A DNA stretch of 64,000 nucleotides from Eledone cirrhosa (GCA_964016885.1 OZ024743.1:102238001-102302000); one strand, 5' to 3'; counted from the first letter of the stretch, positions 26,221 to 40,224 are shown. Numbers and translations: made by a program. The notes: a model not told the origin generated them from the sequence alone.

Positions 26221-26701
26221 CCGAAGGGCTTTACAAGAGTTACTGCCTACCCGATTTCAAACAATCTTATAACGAAATGGTTAGGGTATTTATATATATC
26301 TGAAAACCTTCCATCCTGATTTTATGTAAGAAAGTGTGTTAAGTAATATTCCAAGCACCAACTCATTTTGAGAAAGTTACCTATATTACTAAACTCTTCC
26401 GAATTTCGAGATATTTTCACAATTATTAGAGTCATCCATTAGGAATATGGTTATGAAAGGAAGAAATGTAGATTGATTCAGAATTGTGGTTCTTCAGTTA
26501 ATAAAAACGTTTCCCCACCCCACTTTAATTAGTTACCATACACGTTTAGAAATCTGCTCTTTCGCCTGATTTGCTTTGATAAATTTCTGTTTATGAAAAG
26601 ATTTAAGAAAATAAAAAAGTTACTTTAGAATCTTAATATATAAGTCTTCTGCTTTTAACCATCAACAAACATATATAGGAAGAGAGAGAGAGGGAGAGAG
26701 A

Positions 26702-26783
<82 letters not shown>

Positions 26784-27326
26784 TAGTGAAAATAGAGATT
26801 TATCTTCTTAAATGGATTTAAAAAAATAATTCATTTGATGCAATTCAAAATGTTATTTTCATCTTCTATATTACTACTGAATATATCTTATACAAACAAT
26901 AGATCGATGGAGCTTATGGAGATACATAAATAGTGTCACAATGAACTGAAAGAAGAACTTACATGCTTACGTAAATAACAAATCTATAATGGTTCTGTTT
27001 TATCTATGACGTGAGCAATGTATTAAAAAAGTGGATATTTATGGACATGCTGGCATGAACAACTACAAAGCTATGTAGACGTAGAGCAAATATTCACAAA
27101 ACATATAACCCTATCTAACTATGTGTCTATACATATACACACATACTCCCTCACACACACCTTCCGATATATATATATGTACATATATCTTTGTAAATAT
27201 ATTTGATACGTATATATGTATATGTATAGATATGTTTATATGTATATATATATGTGTATATAAATATATATATATATAAAAACTAAACATATATATATAT
27301 ATATATACATGCATAGATACACACAC

Positions 27327-27416
<90 letters not shown>

Positions 27417-27536
27417 TAATATCTATATGATTATATATATAAACATACATATATATAAGTATGCCTATGTATACAAATAAATACGTACCCACACACAAAC
27501 TAATATATATATATATATATGTGTGTGTCTATATAT

Positions 27537-27581
<45 letters not shown>

Positions 27582-28019
27582 AATACAATTACTTGAATAA
27601 AATAATACAATACATAACTGGATTCTAAAATGAAAAATAAAATTTGTAGCCTATGCGTTTAAAAAAATAGTTGTTTTTTCTAACAATAAAAAAACCACGT
27701 GAACTGTTCCTTCTAAACATTAAAAAAATACACTTACACATAGTAAAAATGTATTATTTCAAGGCTGAACTATCATTTTCAAAGGATTCTAGGAAACGAA
27801 ATCTATAATCCTTTATACGGCATGAGTATACTTCGAAGCAGATATGAAATAGGAATTATTCTGCCTTCACTATTTATGCATATCTATCGTTCTAAACATC
27901 CGTAACACTTTGTAGCTCTTTGTATCCATATTTCCATTATCATTTATATCTTTACATATTCTAAGGCTCTCCGTATACATATATCACATATCTTATACTC
28001 TCATAGACACACACACATC

Positions 28020-28053
<34 letters not shown>

Positions 28054-28378
28054 CTTATATATTCACAAACACACACACACACATATATATATCTATATCT
28101 ACATATATATAAGATCTATTTCAATATCTCTTGAGGGTGTTTTGATCGCCGAGTTATTTGAATATTTGAATGTTGTAAGAAACTATACTATATATCTTGA
28201 TCTTACAGAAATGATTTGATTCTGGCACTGTTGAGTGTCATGAGATATGACAGGAGGGTAAAAACATTTGCGTTTTATCCAGTAATGCATTTTTATGAGC
28301 TAAATTTCAAGCTGAAAATCTTTTGCATGTATATATATATAAATAAATAAATAAGAAGATGGACGTTAAATGATGATG

Positions 28379-28424
<46 letters not shown>

Positions 28425-28691
28425 TGCATTTGCTTTTTGTGTGATGTATTATCCAGATGCAAAGAGTAAACACTCTCCACAATATCCTGTCTGGCTACCT
28501 AGGAAACGTTGATGTATTTTTCTGAAAACCCTTTTTCAAACTGATTCAGCTCAGGAAGTACACAAAGCTCCGGAAGCATGTAGAATTTTCATAAAGGCTG
28601 AAGATTGATTTTGTATGCAATATTAGACGGCTGCAACTAATCTAATACCATCATGAAATCATATGCTTAGTTGCAATGCATATTGAGTAAT

Positions 28692-28872
28692 ATAATTGTT
28701 TCTTCTTTTTTTGGCACAAGGCCAGCAATTACCCAGTATATTACTGGTACTTTATTTTATCGACCCCGTATGGATGAAAGGCAAAGATAACCTCGGCGGA
28801 ATTTGAACTCAGATCGCAAAGGGACGTAACTAAGCTGGAAACCATGTCCGACCACCTACCGATACTGCCAAT
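28692..28872 (-). mobile_element. Main-family SINE
   Basis: Nearly full match, including CCGATACTGCCAAT (A-box complement). Confidence 0.88.
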
Positions 28873-28939
28873 TTATAATGTACCTCTATATTTTTATATC
28901 GACGGCTCATTCTTTCGCAATTACAGTCCACACTCATAA

Positions 28940-29009
<70 letters not shown>

Positions 29010-29455
29010 ACGTGTATCTATGTATATGTATGTGTATGTATAAACAGTTAGATGGATGTACATATGCGTGTATATTTAGTATAAAAGAAATAGATAATTG
29101 AAAATTATAAACAAATACAAAATAAAGATAAGGATCAATAGAATATTTTAACTCAATAACTCAGTGTCCGATTGTAAATAATTCTAAAGCAACTTTAGTA
29201 ATAATTCACTGGAGAGGTGTTGTTTTGTTGGAAGCCCCAGATCATTCACATAGAAATGAAATGTAGTTTCATACTATAAATCAACATTATGTTGAATTAT
29301 TGTCTCTAGCAATGTAATGTTATGCCGAAGTCGCTGATATTTATAGCTAATACTAAACATTATAAAAATAATTTCACCAGGTTTTGTCTACACGAATATA
29401 AACACAATGAAACACACACAGAGCACTACACGGCTATCTCTCATTCTTTCACCCA

Positions 29456-29490
<35 letters not shown>

Positions 29491-29631
29491 CCATTTATCA
29501 AACCACTTCTCTCTCATCATTGTACTGAAACATACAAACAGTAACTGAATGAGCACGCAATACACGTCTGCATCCTTTCTCGTCAGGAATTTACACAACA
29601 TACCAGACCATATATACATATATATATACAT

Positions 29632-29710
<79 letters not shown>

Positions 29711-29815
29711 TAAGTTATTCCGGGTTGAATCGGAGGCAACCACAGTAAGTAAGGTACTCAATACATAGCAGAGTATAAAAGTTTTAATATAGATGAGATA
29801 TAGAATCTCATCTAC

Positions 29816-29861
<46 letters not shown>

Positions 29862-29862
<1 letters not shown>

Positions 29863-30198
29863 TTAGGTTTGTTGTTCACCACTGGATATAATTGGTCATT
29901 TCCTATGGTCAACCTCGATGTAATATTAGGGGGACCACTCGACGTAATGCAACTCACTCGTCTTCGTTTGTGTTGTTGGTGGTGGGAGTACGGAGTTATT
30001 ATAAAATAACAGGAGGCTGGGCTGTTGTAATTCCTTAAAGATTTATTATACGATGAATATTTCAATGACCGGGTTCAGTATGAAACCGGTGACATCATCA
30101 GGTATTCGAAATTTAACAAAGGAATATAAACCATGGGGCTGAAAAGGCAGAGACAAGAAGGCGGCCACACATTTGCCAGTTTTAATTCGGTCGGCCGC

Positions 30199-30200
<2 letters not shown>
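29862..30200 (-). mobile_element. Hammerhead-bearing non-coding element of about 340 bp between (TA)n tracts
   Basis: Homologous to 9076-9468; on the minus strand the hammerhead is followed directly by AATAAA. Confidence 0.7.
30048..30105 (-). ncRNA. Type I hammerhead ribozyme
   Basis: Minus strand: ATAC-CTGATGA-tgtc-ACCGG-t-TTCA-tac-TGAA-c-CCGGT-catt-GAAA-TATTCA-TC-GTAT-AATAAA. Confidence 0.7.
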
Positions 30201-30239
<39 letters not shown>

Positions 30240-30910
30240 CATAACAAAATATCGTTAAAGGTAATCCAATTAGAGGTTGTGAATACTTCTTATTATGGAT
30301 AGTTTTAGCGTACGACGTTGCTTGACTCAACAAGAGGTTTACGTAGATGGCGAGTTTATGATTTCACTTGTATTCCTATGTAAGTTTATCTTGGAGTAAT
30401 AAAATTGAAAAAGTGGAGAATAATTTGGTCAACAGTACAAAAAAGGGGATTTATTTGCAGTCTAACACTTGTTTCACTGATAGAGTTGTTTAAAAATTGC
30501 TGAACACTAAAAACAGTGCCACTCAATTTTAAATACGATGTTAACTCTACTAGATCATCGGAAACTGTTCAAAACATATATATGTAACCGGCAAATTTAC
30601 AAATTCAAATTACATCATCAATAATAATATTAATAATAAAGATATAAAGAGAAAAGGAGGAAGAAAGGGAAATAGATACAGTAAAGAAAGAAAGGAAGGA
30701 AAAAGAAGAAGGAAAAAGGATAAAGAAGAAGAAAAGGGGAAATTATTGTAGATAGAAATATAAAGTGAGGAAGATATATAGAAGATGATGGTGTATATAT
30801 GAGGGACAAATGTAAATAAGAATAAACGTATGATAGAGAGACGAGAAGAAGGATAGAGGGACAAAGAGATGAATAAACGTTAATGCATGAATAAATGTAA
30901 ATAAAAATAA

Positions 30911-31011
<101 letters not shown>

Positions 31012-31334
31012 AAATGGTGAAAATATGATAATGTTAAATATATTTATGTGTGTATTGGTTATTTTAATAAATAAATAAATTAATTAGTTTTAAGCTATAT
31101 TATATGATAAAATAGAACGACAGAGATGAGAAGAATTGAGGGAGAGTGATATAAAGATAGAGAGTGAAAATATATATATATAAAATAAGAATGTAAATAT
31201 AAGAGGTTTTGATGTTGTTCTATGTTTGATGATGACAATTATAACGATGATGATGTTAATAATGTGATATCATAATAGATCAAAACGGTACAACATTGTA
31301 AACACTAAGCTATCTGCCTTAACACACACATACA

Positions 31335-31394
<60 letters not shown>

Positions 31395-31401
<7 letters not shown>

Positions 31402-31813
31402 GTTTGAATATGTGTAATAAGGCCAAAACAATGCAGGTATGGACATAGAAAAAAGAATGCAATAGTGAAAGATATTGATGAGAATTCGTCTTTCACCTTG
31501 AATTTATTTAAATGTCCTTAATTTCGAGATAATATCTCTTCTTCGGAGGGAAGTAAAGGTCTCAAACCAGCGTCTTTACATCTCTAGCCAAGCCATGCTG
31601 ACCGGGTCAGCATGGCTTGGCTAGAGATTTAAAGACGCTGGTTTGAGACCTTTACTTCCCTCCGAAGAAGAGATATTATCTCGAAATTAAGGACATTTAA
31701 ATAAATTCAAGGTGAAAGACGAATTCTCATCAATATCTTTCACTATTGCATTCTTTTTTCTATGTCCATACCTGCATTGTTTTGGCCTTATTACACATAT
31801 TCAAACGTTTATA
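31395..31813. repeat. Near-perfect 419-bp palindrome between (TA)n tracts
   Basis: 209-bp arms around G31604, one mismatch seen; the ORF track gives the same peptide on both strands. Confidence 0.95.
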
Positions 31814-31852
31814 CCTCATTACACAATGCTTCAAGTGAACTATAACCTCCTC

Positions 31853-31915
<63 letters not shown>

Positions 31916-31940
31916 AGTGTGTGTGTGTGTGTATGTATGA

Positions 31941-31985
<45 letters not shown>

Positions 31986-32357
31986 TACATACATACACAT
32001 ATATATATATATAAACATATCTTGCATCTATGACATACTTCATCACCAGTCTTTTGTTCAGCGTTACCGCCTGAACCCACAACTGTCAGTCACCCCACAA
32101 ATCTCTTGTCACTTACCCATGATATACATATTATCCTACTTATCTTCCCCACCCTCTTCCCAGCTTACAACCACACATAAGATCACATGTCTGTTCAAAT
32201 TGTGCAAGGCAACATCCCTGGTACTGTAGTCAGGATAAAATCATACACTCAATTAGTTGGTGTTAGGAATGTCTTTCAGCTTTAAGAACCATATCAAAAA
32301 GTGTTGAGAGCACCCACCAGACACAACATAAAAGTCTCTCAAGTATTGGGGCTACAA

Positions 32358-32548
32358 AAATAATAATTGTTTCTACTTTTGGCACAAGGCCAGTAATTAC
32401 CCAGTGCATTACTGGTACTTTATTTTATCGACCCCGTAAGGATGAAAGGCAAAGTCAACCTCGGCGGGATTTGAACTCAGATCGTAAAGGGACGTAACTA
32501 TGCTGGAAAGCATGGCGTCCGACCCTCTACTGATGCTGCCAATCCACC
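32358..32548 (-). mobile_element. Main-family SINE, full length
   Basis: Tail, core, B-box and A-box all present. Confidence 0.9.
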
Positions 32549-33621
32549 ACCCTTGCGGTACAGTTTGTAAAAGTGTTGAATGAGGAGTTTGTAAAAGTGT
32601 TGAATGGTGAAGTTAAGTTCATTAACTGTAGAAGACATCAAATACGGCAAATAGAAAATGCTATATTTCAACTGAGAGATAAATAGGTTTTGCATTGCAA
32701 ATGTTGATGCTTCTTTTAATGTACATTTAAAGTCAATGAAATATATTCAACTGAGATGTGAAACATGGTTGCCGATTCATCGTAACTAAAAGAGATGTTA
32801 CTTTGATTTACATCACTCTTCACTAATGTAGAGAAATATTAATTCAGATGAAATCTTTCATTAGCTTCATTTACTTAATTATAACCAACAACTAAGGTGC
32901 TAATTTGTTTACGAAATGGAAATACTTGAATATTCACAATGTTTACGGATTTTAATATCAACTAGTTTGCTGAAATGACATTTCTCCGAGAAGATATTTT
33001 CTACTTGCATTGTAAAAGTCAATTGCATTTAAGACACATATGTTAAGACCCTGTTATAAATATTGAATTTCTATCCAGAATTAGGTATTGACGTGGACTG
33101 AAACTCCTCATTCAGCAAGTGAACAACTAATTAATAATACAAGTGTAATAGACTCGTACGTTACCTGAGGCTCAAATAACAAATGCTGTTCGTTAGCAGA
33201 CAGCGAGAAACAACAAAGTGAACTATCGCCTTTCAAAAGGCCAACACGACAATCTGCTTGATATCGACGAAGTTAAGACATGGATGAATATTTCATTAAA
33301 TCGAAGAATATTGAACACAACATGAAACCAACCTGAATAGATTTCCCTGAAAAATGGATTAATGCGCAACATCTGTGCCACTAGTGTGTAAACACACACA
33401 CACACACACGCATACGCATACACGCACACACACGCACACACATACACACATTCATACACACACACATGACTATATGTTAACGCATTTACAAGCACATTCA
33501 CAAATATACATAGATACGGATATATGTTATGTGCACATGTGTATATGTATACATATATATATATATATATATACATATATGCATGCGTACGTATATGTGC
33601 ATGTATATATATGTATACATA

Positions 33622-33760
<139 letters not shown>

Positions 33761-34304
33761 ACGTGTGTGTGTGCATAACGATATTTGTATGCATGTGTGA
33801 GCGTGTATGTATATACAGCAGTCAAATGGCTGCTCAGAGAAATCTATACATACAGACGCACATATGTTTATTTGTCTTGATCAGTCAGTACAGTTCCTCC
33901 AATACTGCCGACGCTACTTCTGTAGACCATAAAGTAATCCAAATCCTGCAGAGCTCTCATACATTTTACACTTCAAATAGAATTACGGTGAAAGGAATAA
34001 AGTTTACACAGACATAGAAACACACAGACACCCCCACATATATCCACACACACACATAGACACACACATATACAAAAACATATACATATACAATATATAT
34101 TGTATTTATATCCATTCGCGGCGGAATAAAAGCGTTACCCAAGGTTTAAAGGCCCGCATTTTATCATACCTCCAGATCACAAGTGGCATCAAATCCTTCT
34201 ACTTCAGTATTATTAAATTCTCTTTTCCCGCAGTCATTAACCACATACGGACCCCCCCCCCCACACACACACTCTCTCTCTCTCACACACACATACGGCA
34301 TATA

Positions 34305-34375
<71 letters not shown>

Positions 34376-34376
<1 letters not shown>

Positions 34377-34574
34377 GTACTCCTGGAGATGAGGGTTGCA
34401 CATTTTATTTCGGGGGTATGTGTTACCCATATAAACTGTCTCCCCCTATTGGGGAAAATCGACTAACTTTTTAAATTCCATTTGTGATAACATTTTACAC
34501 GTTTTTATTGTATGTAAACTTCCCCCTTTGTATTTGTCCCCTTCTTTTGTGCCCCTGTGGCTAATAAAGAAATA

Positions 34575-34575
<1 letters not shown>
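34376..34575 (+). mobile_element. Tx1-like LINE copy A (3' UTR only) in (TATC)n
   Basis: Matches about 40267-40465; (TATC)n on both sides. Confidence 0.9.
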
Positions 34576-34632
<57 letters not shown>

Positions 34633-34634
<2 letters not shown>

Positions 34635-35245
34635 ATACACTGCCCGGGCGTCACTGACCTGTGGGGCTATGTAGAACGACTATTGTCGCGGGTGGGACCA
34701 ATCCAGTTGACCACCGAGTCCATTGTCATGATCAAACCGCCACCCTCCTTCAAAAACGAAGGAGAGGCGGTTTTCCTTTGTGTGATAGCTATGGCGAAAG
34801 AGGTTGTATGGTGGACAAGGTTGAAAGGGCTGAGGTCAGACACCTTTCTCTCCGGCCAACAACTGATTCTTTTTTTCAAATACCACTTTGGAAGAAGAAT
34901 CAGGATGGAGAGAGAGGTGCTGTACCCCAGCAAGTTTTATGAAAGGTGGGTGAAAGTGGCGAGAATGGCCCGAGTGAATGGGCCTTCTCTCTATATCAGC
35001 CTGTAGGTTGAGGAAAAGGAGGAGGAGAGGAAAGGAGTACAAGCTCTTCGTACTCCTGGAGATGAGGGTTGCACATTTTTTTCGGGGGTCTGTGTTACCC
35101 ATATAAACTGTCTCCCTCTATTGGGGAAAATCGACTAACTTTTAAATTCCATCTGTGATAACATTTTACACGTTTTTATTGTATGTAAACTTCCCCCTTT
35201 GTATTTGTCCCCTTCTTTTGTGCCCCTGTGGCTAATAAAGAAATA
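34633..35245 (+). mobile_element. Tx1-like LINE copy B (5'-truncated; ORF2 end + 3' UTR)
   Basis: Matches about 39851-40465; begins and ends in (TATC)n. Confidence 0.92.
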
Positions 35246-35323
35246 TATCTATCTATATATCTATCAGATAGATAGATAGATATTCGTAGATATCAGATAG
35301 ATAGATAGATAGATAGATAGATA

Positions 35324-36754
35324 TTCGAAAAAAATGGTGCTTTCAGCATCAATTCTCCGGTAGAAATTCGCAAGGAAACTGCTCTCAAAACGATAGTTTT
35401 TAGGACAGTTTCCAACTCTACCCGAAAACCAGTCCAATTGTCACAGAAAGATATTGAACTGGTTTTCAAAGATTCAATGAATGATATTGCATTCATTCAA
35501 AGAAGCAAACTTTTTGGGAGTATTTCGGTACTGATGAAGGATCAATTGACGGCCCAAAATTACTCTGTGTCGCCAATTGTATCCAACCTGTACACCTTTT
35601 TCCCTACATACATGGGAAAAAGGACACAAAAGATCAGAATCACAAGTGTCACACCAAAGGTGAACATATGGTGGATACTGTGCGGCTTCATCAATTTTGA
35701 TGAAGACAGAATACTGTCAGTAGGCAAGTCCCCCAGAGATGTATTCAATGGGACTAGCATTGAAGTTCTGGTGCAAATGAGCCCAGAGCGAATAGCTATG
35801 ATCCCACAGCGTGTACTCCTGGACGGACTTACCTACATAAACCTTTCGGTTGAGGGTAGGCGGCCTTCATGTTACCATTGCTTTAGCAGGGGTCACCTGA
35901 GGGCTTCCTGTCCTAAACTAATGAACCAAAAAAAGGCTCTTCTGCCGACACCCATCAAAACAACACAACCACCAACACCACCACCACAACAACAACACCA
36001 ACACACAAAAATAACCACAACAAACACAGTCCCACCCAACCCCACTCCACCTAAAACCACCGCAAAATCACATACAGACACAACAGCTCCCCAAGACATA
36101 CCCCTCCCCAATCACACAGACGATACAACAGATGAGGCTATCTCGCCATCACCCAGTGAAGACGAGGGAGAACCCCATCGCTCGAAAAGAAAGAAAAGAC
36201 ATCACAAAAGCAAAAAACCAGCAAACACTACCACAAACATACAACCACCAACACAAACAACAAAAATATCACAAACAAAACCCCCACCTCCTGAAAACAA
36301 AATACCCACAACAAAACGAAAGCACACACAAGAACTACAGACAAAAACAAGCACAACACAAGAAAATTACACTTACACTTACATAAACACTGAAAACAAA
36401 ACACTAATGGAGACCACCACGAACGACCCTTCGATTTTCACCGAAGGGAAAACTTTCGCCCACTCTATAAAAAATAGCAAAAAACTGAACCTAAAACTGA
36501 TTAGGGTCCCTATACAAACTTATAGGTCCCTAAAAGAAACATTTGAGAAGGATGTGGGGAATTCCTGCGTGAAACCACTCAACCGCGTCCTTCTCAAATG
36601 CCTCCCCACCCCAGACACCCCCATTCCACCAGACCCCACCCCACCAAACATCTGCGTCCCCACCCCGCCGGAAACCGCCACCCATCCAGACAACCCCTCC
36701 AACACCCCCATGGAAATCGTGCGGCCTGGTCCCCAGGAGGCGAAGGGTGAGTGA
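35324..36754 (+). CDS. ORF1 (gag-like) of copy C, N-terminally truncated
   Basis: CYHCFSRGHLRASC (CX2CX4HX4C) then a Pro/Thr/Lys-rich region; open to TGA at 36752-36754. Confidence 0.8.
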   Translation, partial: FEKNGAFSINSPVEIRKETALKTIVFRTVSNSTRKPVQLSQKDIELVFKDSMNDIAFIQRSKLFGSISVLMKDQLTAQNYSVSPIVSNLYTFFPTYMGKRTQKIRITSVTPKVNIWWILCGFINFDEDRILSVGKSPRDVFNGTSIEVLVQMSPERIAMIPQRVLLDGLTYINLSVEGRRPSCYHCFSRGHLRASCPKLMNQKKALLPTPIKTTQPPTPPPQQQHQHTKITTTNTVPPNPTPPKTTAKSHTDTTAPQDIPLPNHTDDTTDEAISPSPSEDEGEPHRSKRKKRHHKSKKPANTTTNIQPPTQTTKISQTKPPPPENKIPTTKRKHTQELQTKTSTTQENYTYTYINTENKTLMETTTNDPSIFTEGKTFAHSIKNSKKLNLKLIRVPIQTYRSLKETFEKDVGNSCVKPLNRVLLKCLPTPDTPIPPDPTPPNICVPTPPETATHPDNPSNTPMEIVRPGPQEAKGE

Positions 36755-36787
36755 TCTCTTTTCCTCTTTTAACTTTTCAGCACCAAC

Positions 36788-39700
36788 ATGGCCAATATAA
36801 GAGTTGGATGTGTGAACGTACGCGGCCTGGGGATGCCCTGGAAACAGGGCAAACTCTTAAACGACCTCAGGTCACACAGTTTGAATGTGGTAGCCATTTG
36901 CGAGTCCAGGATCCACGGCGAGCGACAGCTGGCCCCCATCTTCGATGACTTTGAGATCTACGCATCTCTCTGTCAACCGGGGGGTGGGGGCGGAGTTGCC
37001 GTTTTGCTGCGGAAACACCTGGGCCTCGTAACACAGACGGTACATCTGGACCCGGAGGGTCGACTGGTGGTCCTAGACGTTGACGGTAGTGAAGGTGGAG
37101 CCTTCAGGCTGGTGGCCGCATATGCCCCATCCGGGACACCGCGGCCAGACTTTTCAAACGTCTAGAGACTTTTCTGGGAACGTCCGGCTCCTTGCTTTTA
37201 GTGGGGGACTGGAATGGAATCCTAGATGCACGTTGGGACTATGTGGGAGCATGTCCCGAAAAAGGGGGGTGTAACAGCCTCAAACAGTTAATCGACCGAT
37301 TTGACCTGGCCGATAGATATCGACTAGATTTTCCGACTGTGCCACTGTGGACGTGGAGTAATCGTAGCGGAACATCTAGATCGTACCTAGATAGGGTTCT
37401 AGTTAGAAATAAGGATAGGGACATGTTAAGCTGTCCACAAATGTTCATGGTTGCCTATTCAGATCACAAACTAGTGACCTGCTTGGCCAACCTTGATAGA
37501 ACCCATAGACAAGGACCCGGCTACTGGAAGCTGAACTTGTCGTTACCGACAAGCAAAGCCTACAGTAGACGGATTAGCACTTTAGTTAAACAGCAATTGA
37601 CAGGGGCCATTGTCAACAACAGATGGTGGTACTCTCTCAAGAGGGCAGTTAGATTAGACTCGATAGTTTTTAGTAAAGAATTAGCGTTAGATAGAAATAG
37701 ATCCGAGAAGGAACTGGTAGATAAAGTAGAAGAGGCAATTAGAAGTGGCAACGTAGCCAGCGTGCTAGCAACGAGAACGGCCTTGGACCAGTTCTTCGAC
37801 GCAAAGCACGAGGGCTGCGTTGTCAGAAGCAAAATACGTGCTCTGGGAAACGAGGGAGCCAAAGCTGTTAGCTGGGCCCGAGTGACGGAGGCAAAAAGTG
37901 GCAACAAGTCCACGATTCGGTCTTTGAAGGACCAAAACGGACGCGTGATACGTGAGCCGAAGCAGATGTGTGCGGCTTTTCAGCGGCACTTTGCTCGGCT
38001 GTTCGGGGGGAGCGGCGCGCCGGGAGAGGCTATGGATTTCGGTCCATACCTCGACGGCCTACCGCGACTCTCGGACAGTGAGGCGAAGTTCTGCGAAAAG
38101 CCGATTTCAGCCACTGAGATAGGGGACGCGCTGAGCCAATGCGGCAAACGCAAATCTCCAGGTCTCGACGGTCTACCCTACGAATTTTACGTCGCAATGC
38201 CGGACTTATTCTCCGGTCTCCTGGAAGCGGTCTACTGCAACTGGCAACAGAACGGGAGAATTCCCAGTTCTGTAACCGGGGGCGTGGTCACACTAATCAG
38301 GAAGGACGAGAATAAGGGGGATGACATAGGCAACTTCCGGCCCATAACTCTGCTAAACACAGAGTTACAGATTTTGGCCAAGGTGTTGGCAAAGAGGCTG
38401 GCGCTTGTCGTCGAGAACCTGGTGGGAGAAGCGCAGACATGCGCGATCCCGACCAGGTCCATACACGACAACCTCCACCTCATGCGATACATCATAGAGA
38501 GGGTAGGGTGTAAACCCGGCTTCGGTGGGGCCCTGATCAACTTGGATCAGTCTAAGGCTTTCGATAGGGTTTACCATCGTTACCTGGATGCGGTGCTCGA
38601 GGCGGCAGGCTTCGGACCCGTGTTCAGGGGCTGGATTGCTGCAATGCACAACAGCAACATCTGCTCAAGGGTCAAGGTGAACGGTTACCTCTCGGAGCCG
38701 TTCCATATTACGCGATCCATTCGACAGGGATGCCCTCTCTCCTCCCTTCTGTACGTACTGACTCACGAGCCACTACTGCGGAAGCTGGAGCTATTGCAGG
38801 GCATCCCTCTGGAACCTGGACTGCGGAAAGCGGCGTCGGCCTAGGCCGACGACGTGACAGTAATGATGTCGAGCGCCTCGCAAATCGAGGAAGTCGGCAC
38901 CTTACTAAAGGAATACGAAAGTCTCACAGGAGCGAAGCTGAACCGGGACAAGTCCATCGGTTTGCAACTCGGATCGTGGAGAGGCAGACCGATGCCTTCC
39001 GATGGCGTCGTCGGACGCTGGACGGAAGGACCGGTAAAGCTGCTCGGGGTCTGGTTTGGTCCGGACCTCCAGGTGGAGAGGAACTGGAACGAAGTGACGG
39101 CCAAGGTGTTTGCACTCACCCAGAAGTGGGCCGAGTGCAAACTATCCTTGAAAGGTCGAGCGGAGGTGGCGAACACTTTTATAGCGTCCGCCATCTACTA
39201 CCGCTTGACCGTCGTGCCTTGTCCAGCCAAAACGCTCGCCAAAATGGAGCGCGCCCTCTTCCAATTCCTTTGGAAGAGGCGGGCTCCTTTGGTAAGAAGA
39301 TCCATCTGCTGCCAACACCCTTCTAACGGAGGGCTGGGGATGCCGTGGTTGACGATGCGCAAACACGCGCTCAGGCTGCGGCATCTCTACGTATTCCTCA
39401 CCGGACAACCGGTGTGGGCCCCGTTCGTGAGGCGAGCCTTCCCACGACTCGTCTCGCTGACCGAGCTGCAGTCCTGGGTCAAGCAGAGACCGAGGAAAAT
39501 GGGCGACTGGCACATCGAATGTGCTCAGGCGCTCACAGCCCTCTGGCAGGCGGACCCGGCGATCAGTGGAGACTCCACTTCGTCATTCTATAGAGGGTTG
39601 GTCCGCAGCAAGTGCGACGACGCGCTCGGTGAAACTCTAGGCGTGGAGGAAGATGAACTGGCCAGTCTGTTCGGTAGGACCTTCCGCCCGGGACCGATGG

Positions 39701-40224
39701 ACAACTTCCAAAAGTCCCTGGCCTGGCAGTGCTACCGAGGAGCTCTACCAGTTCGAGACAAGCTCTACAGACATGGGCGCCCGGGCAGGGACCCTGCAAA
39801 AAAGATCTGTCCGAGGTGCGTGCGAGACGAAGAAACCGTCGCGCACGCATTCATACACTGCCCGGGCGTCACTGACCTGTGGGGCTATGTAGAACGACTA
39901 TTGTCGCGGGTGGGACCAATCCAGTTGACCACCGAGTCCATTGTCATGATCAAACCGCCACCCTCCTTCAAAAACGAAGGAGAGGCGGTTTTCCTTTGTG
40001 TGATAGCTATGGCGAAAGAGGTTGTATGGTGGACAAGGTTGAAAGTGCTGAGGTCAGACACCTCTCTCTCCGGCCAACAACTGATTCTTTTTTTCAAATA
40101 CCACTTTGGAAGAAGAATCAGGATGGAGAGAGAGGTGCTGTACCCCAGCAAGTTTTATGAAAGGTGGGTGAAAGTGGCGAGAATGGCCCGAGTGAATGGG
40201 CCTTCTCTCTATATCAGCCTGTAG
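36788..40224 (+). pseudogene. ORF2 (APE endonuclease, RT, C-terminal CCHC) of copy C, with two lesions
   Basis: GCVNVRGL, GDWN, YLDRVLV, SDHK (APE); KSPGLDGLP, FRPITLLN, LDQSKAFDRV, RQGCPLS (RT). A 1-nt deletion near 37152 and a TAG at 38842 replacing Y of YADD; CPRC..ETVAHAFIHC. Confidence 0.9.

Noticed and set aside
29560-29600. CTGACGA followed by GAAA on the minus strand
   Set aside because: No stem II or matching stem I; probably chance.
31305-31984. Identical MKDEFSS... peptide on both strands
   Set aside because: A by-product of the DNA palindrome, not a gene pair.
36747-36780. GT-AG micro-intron fusing ORF1 to ORF2
   Set aside because: Only 34 nt, and splicing puts ORF2 out of frame (G|CA CCA ACA TGG CCA ATA TAA).
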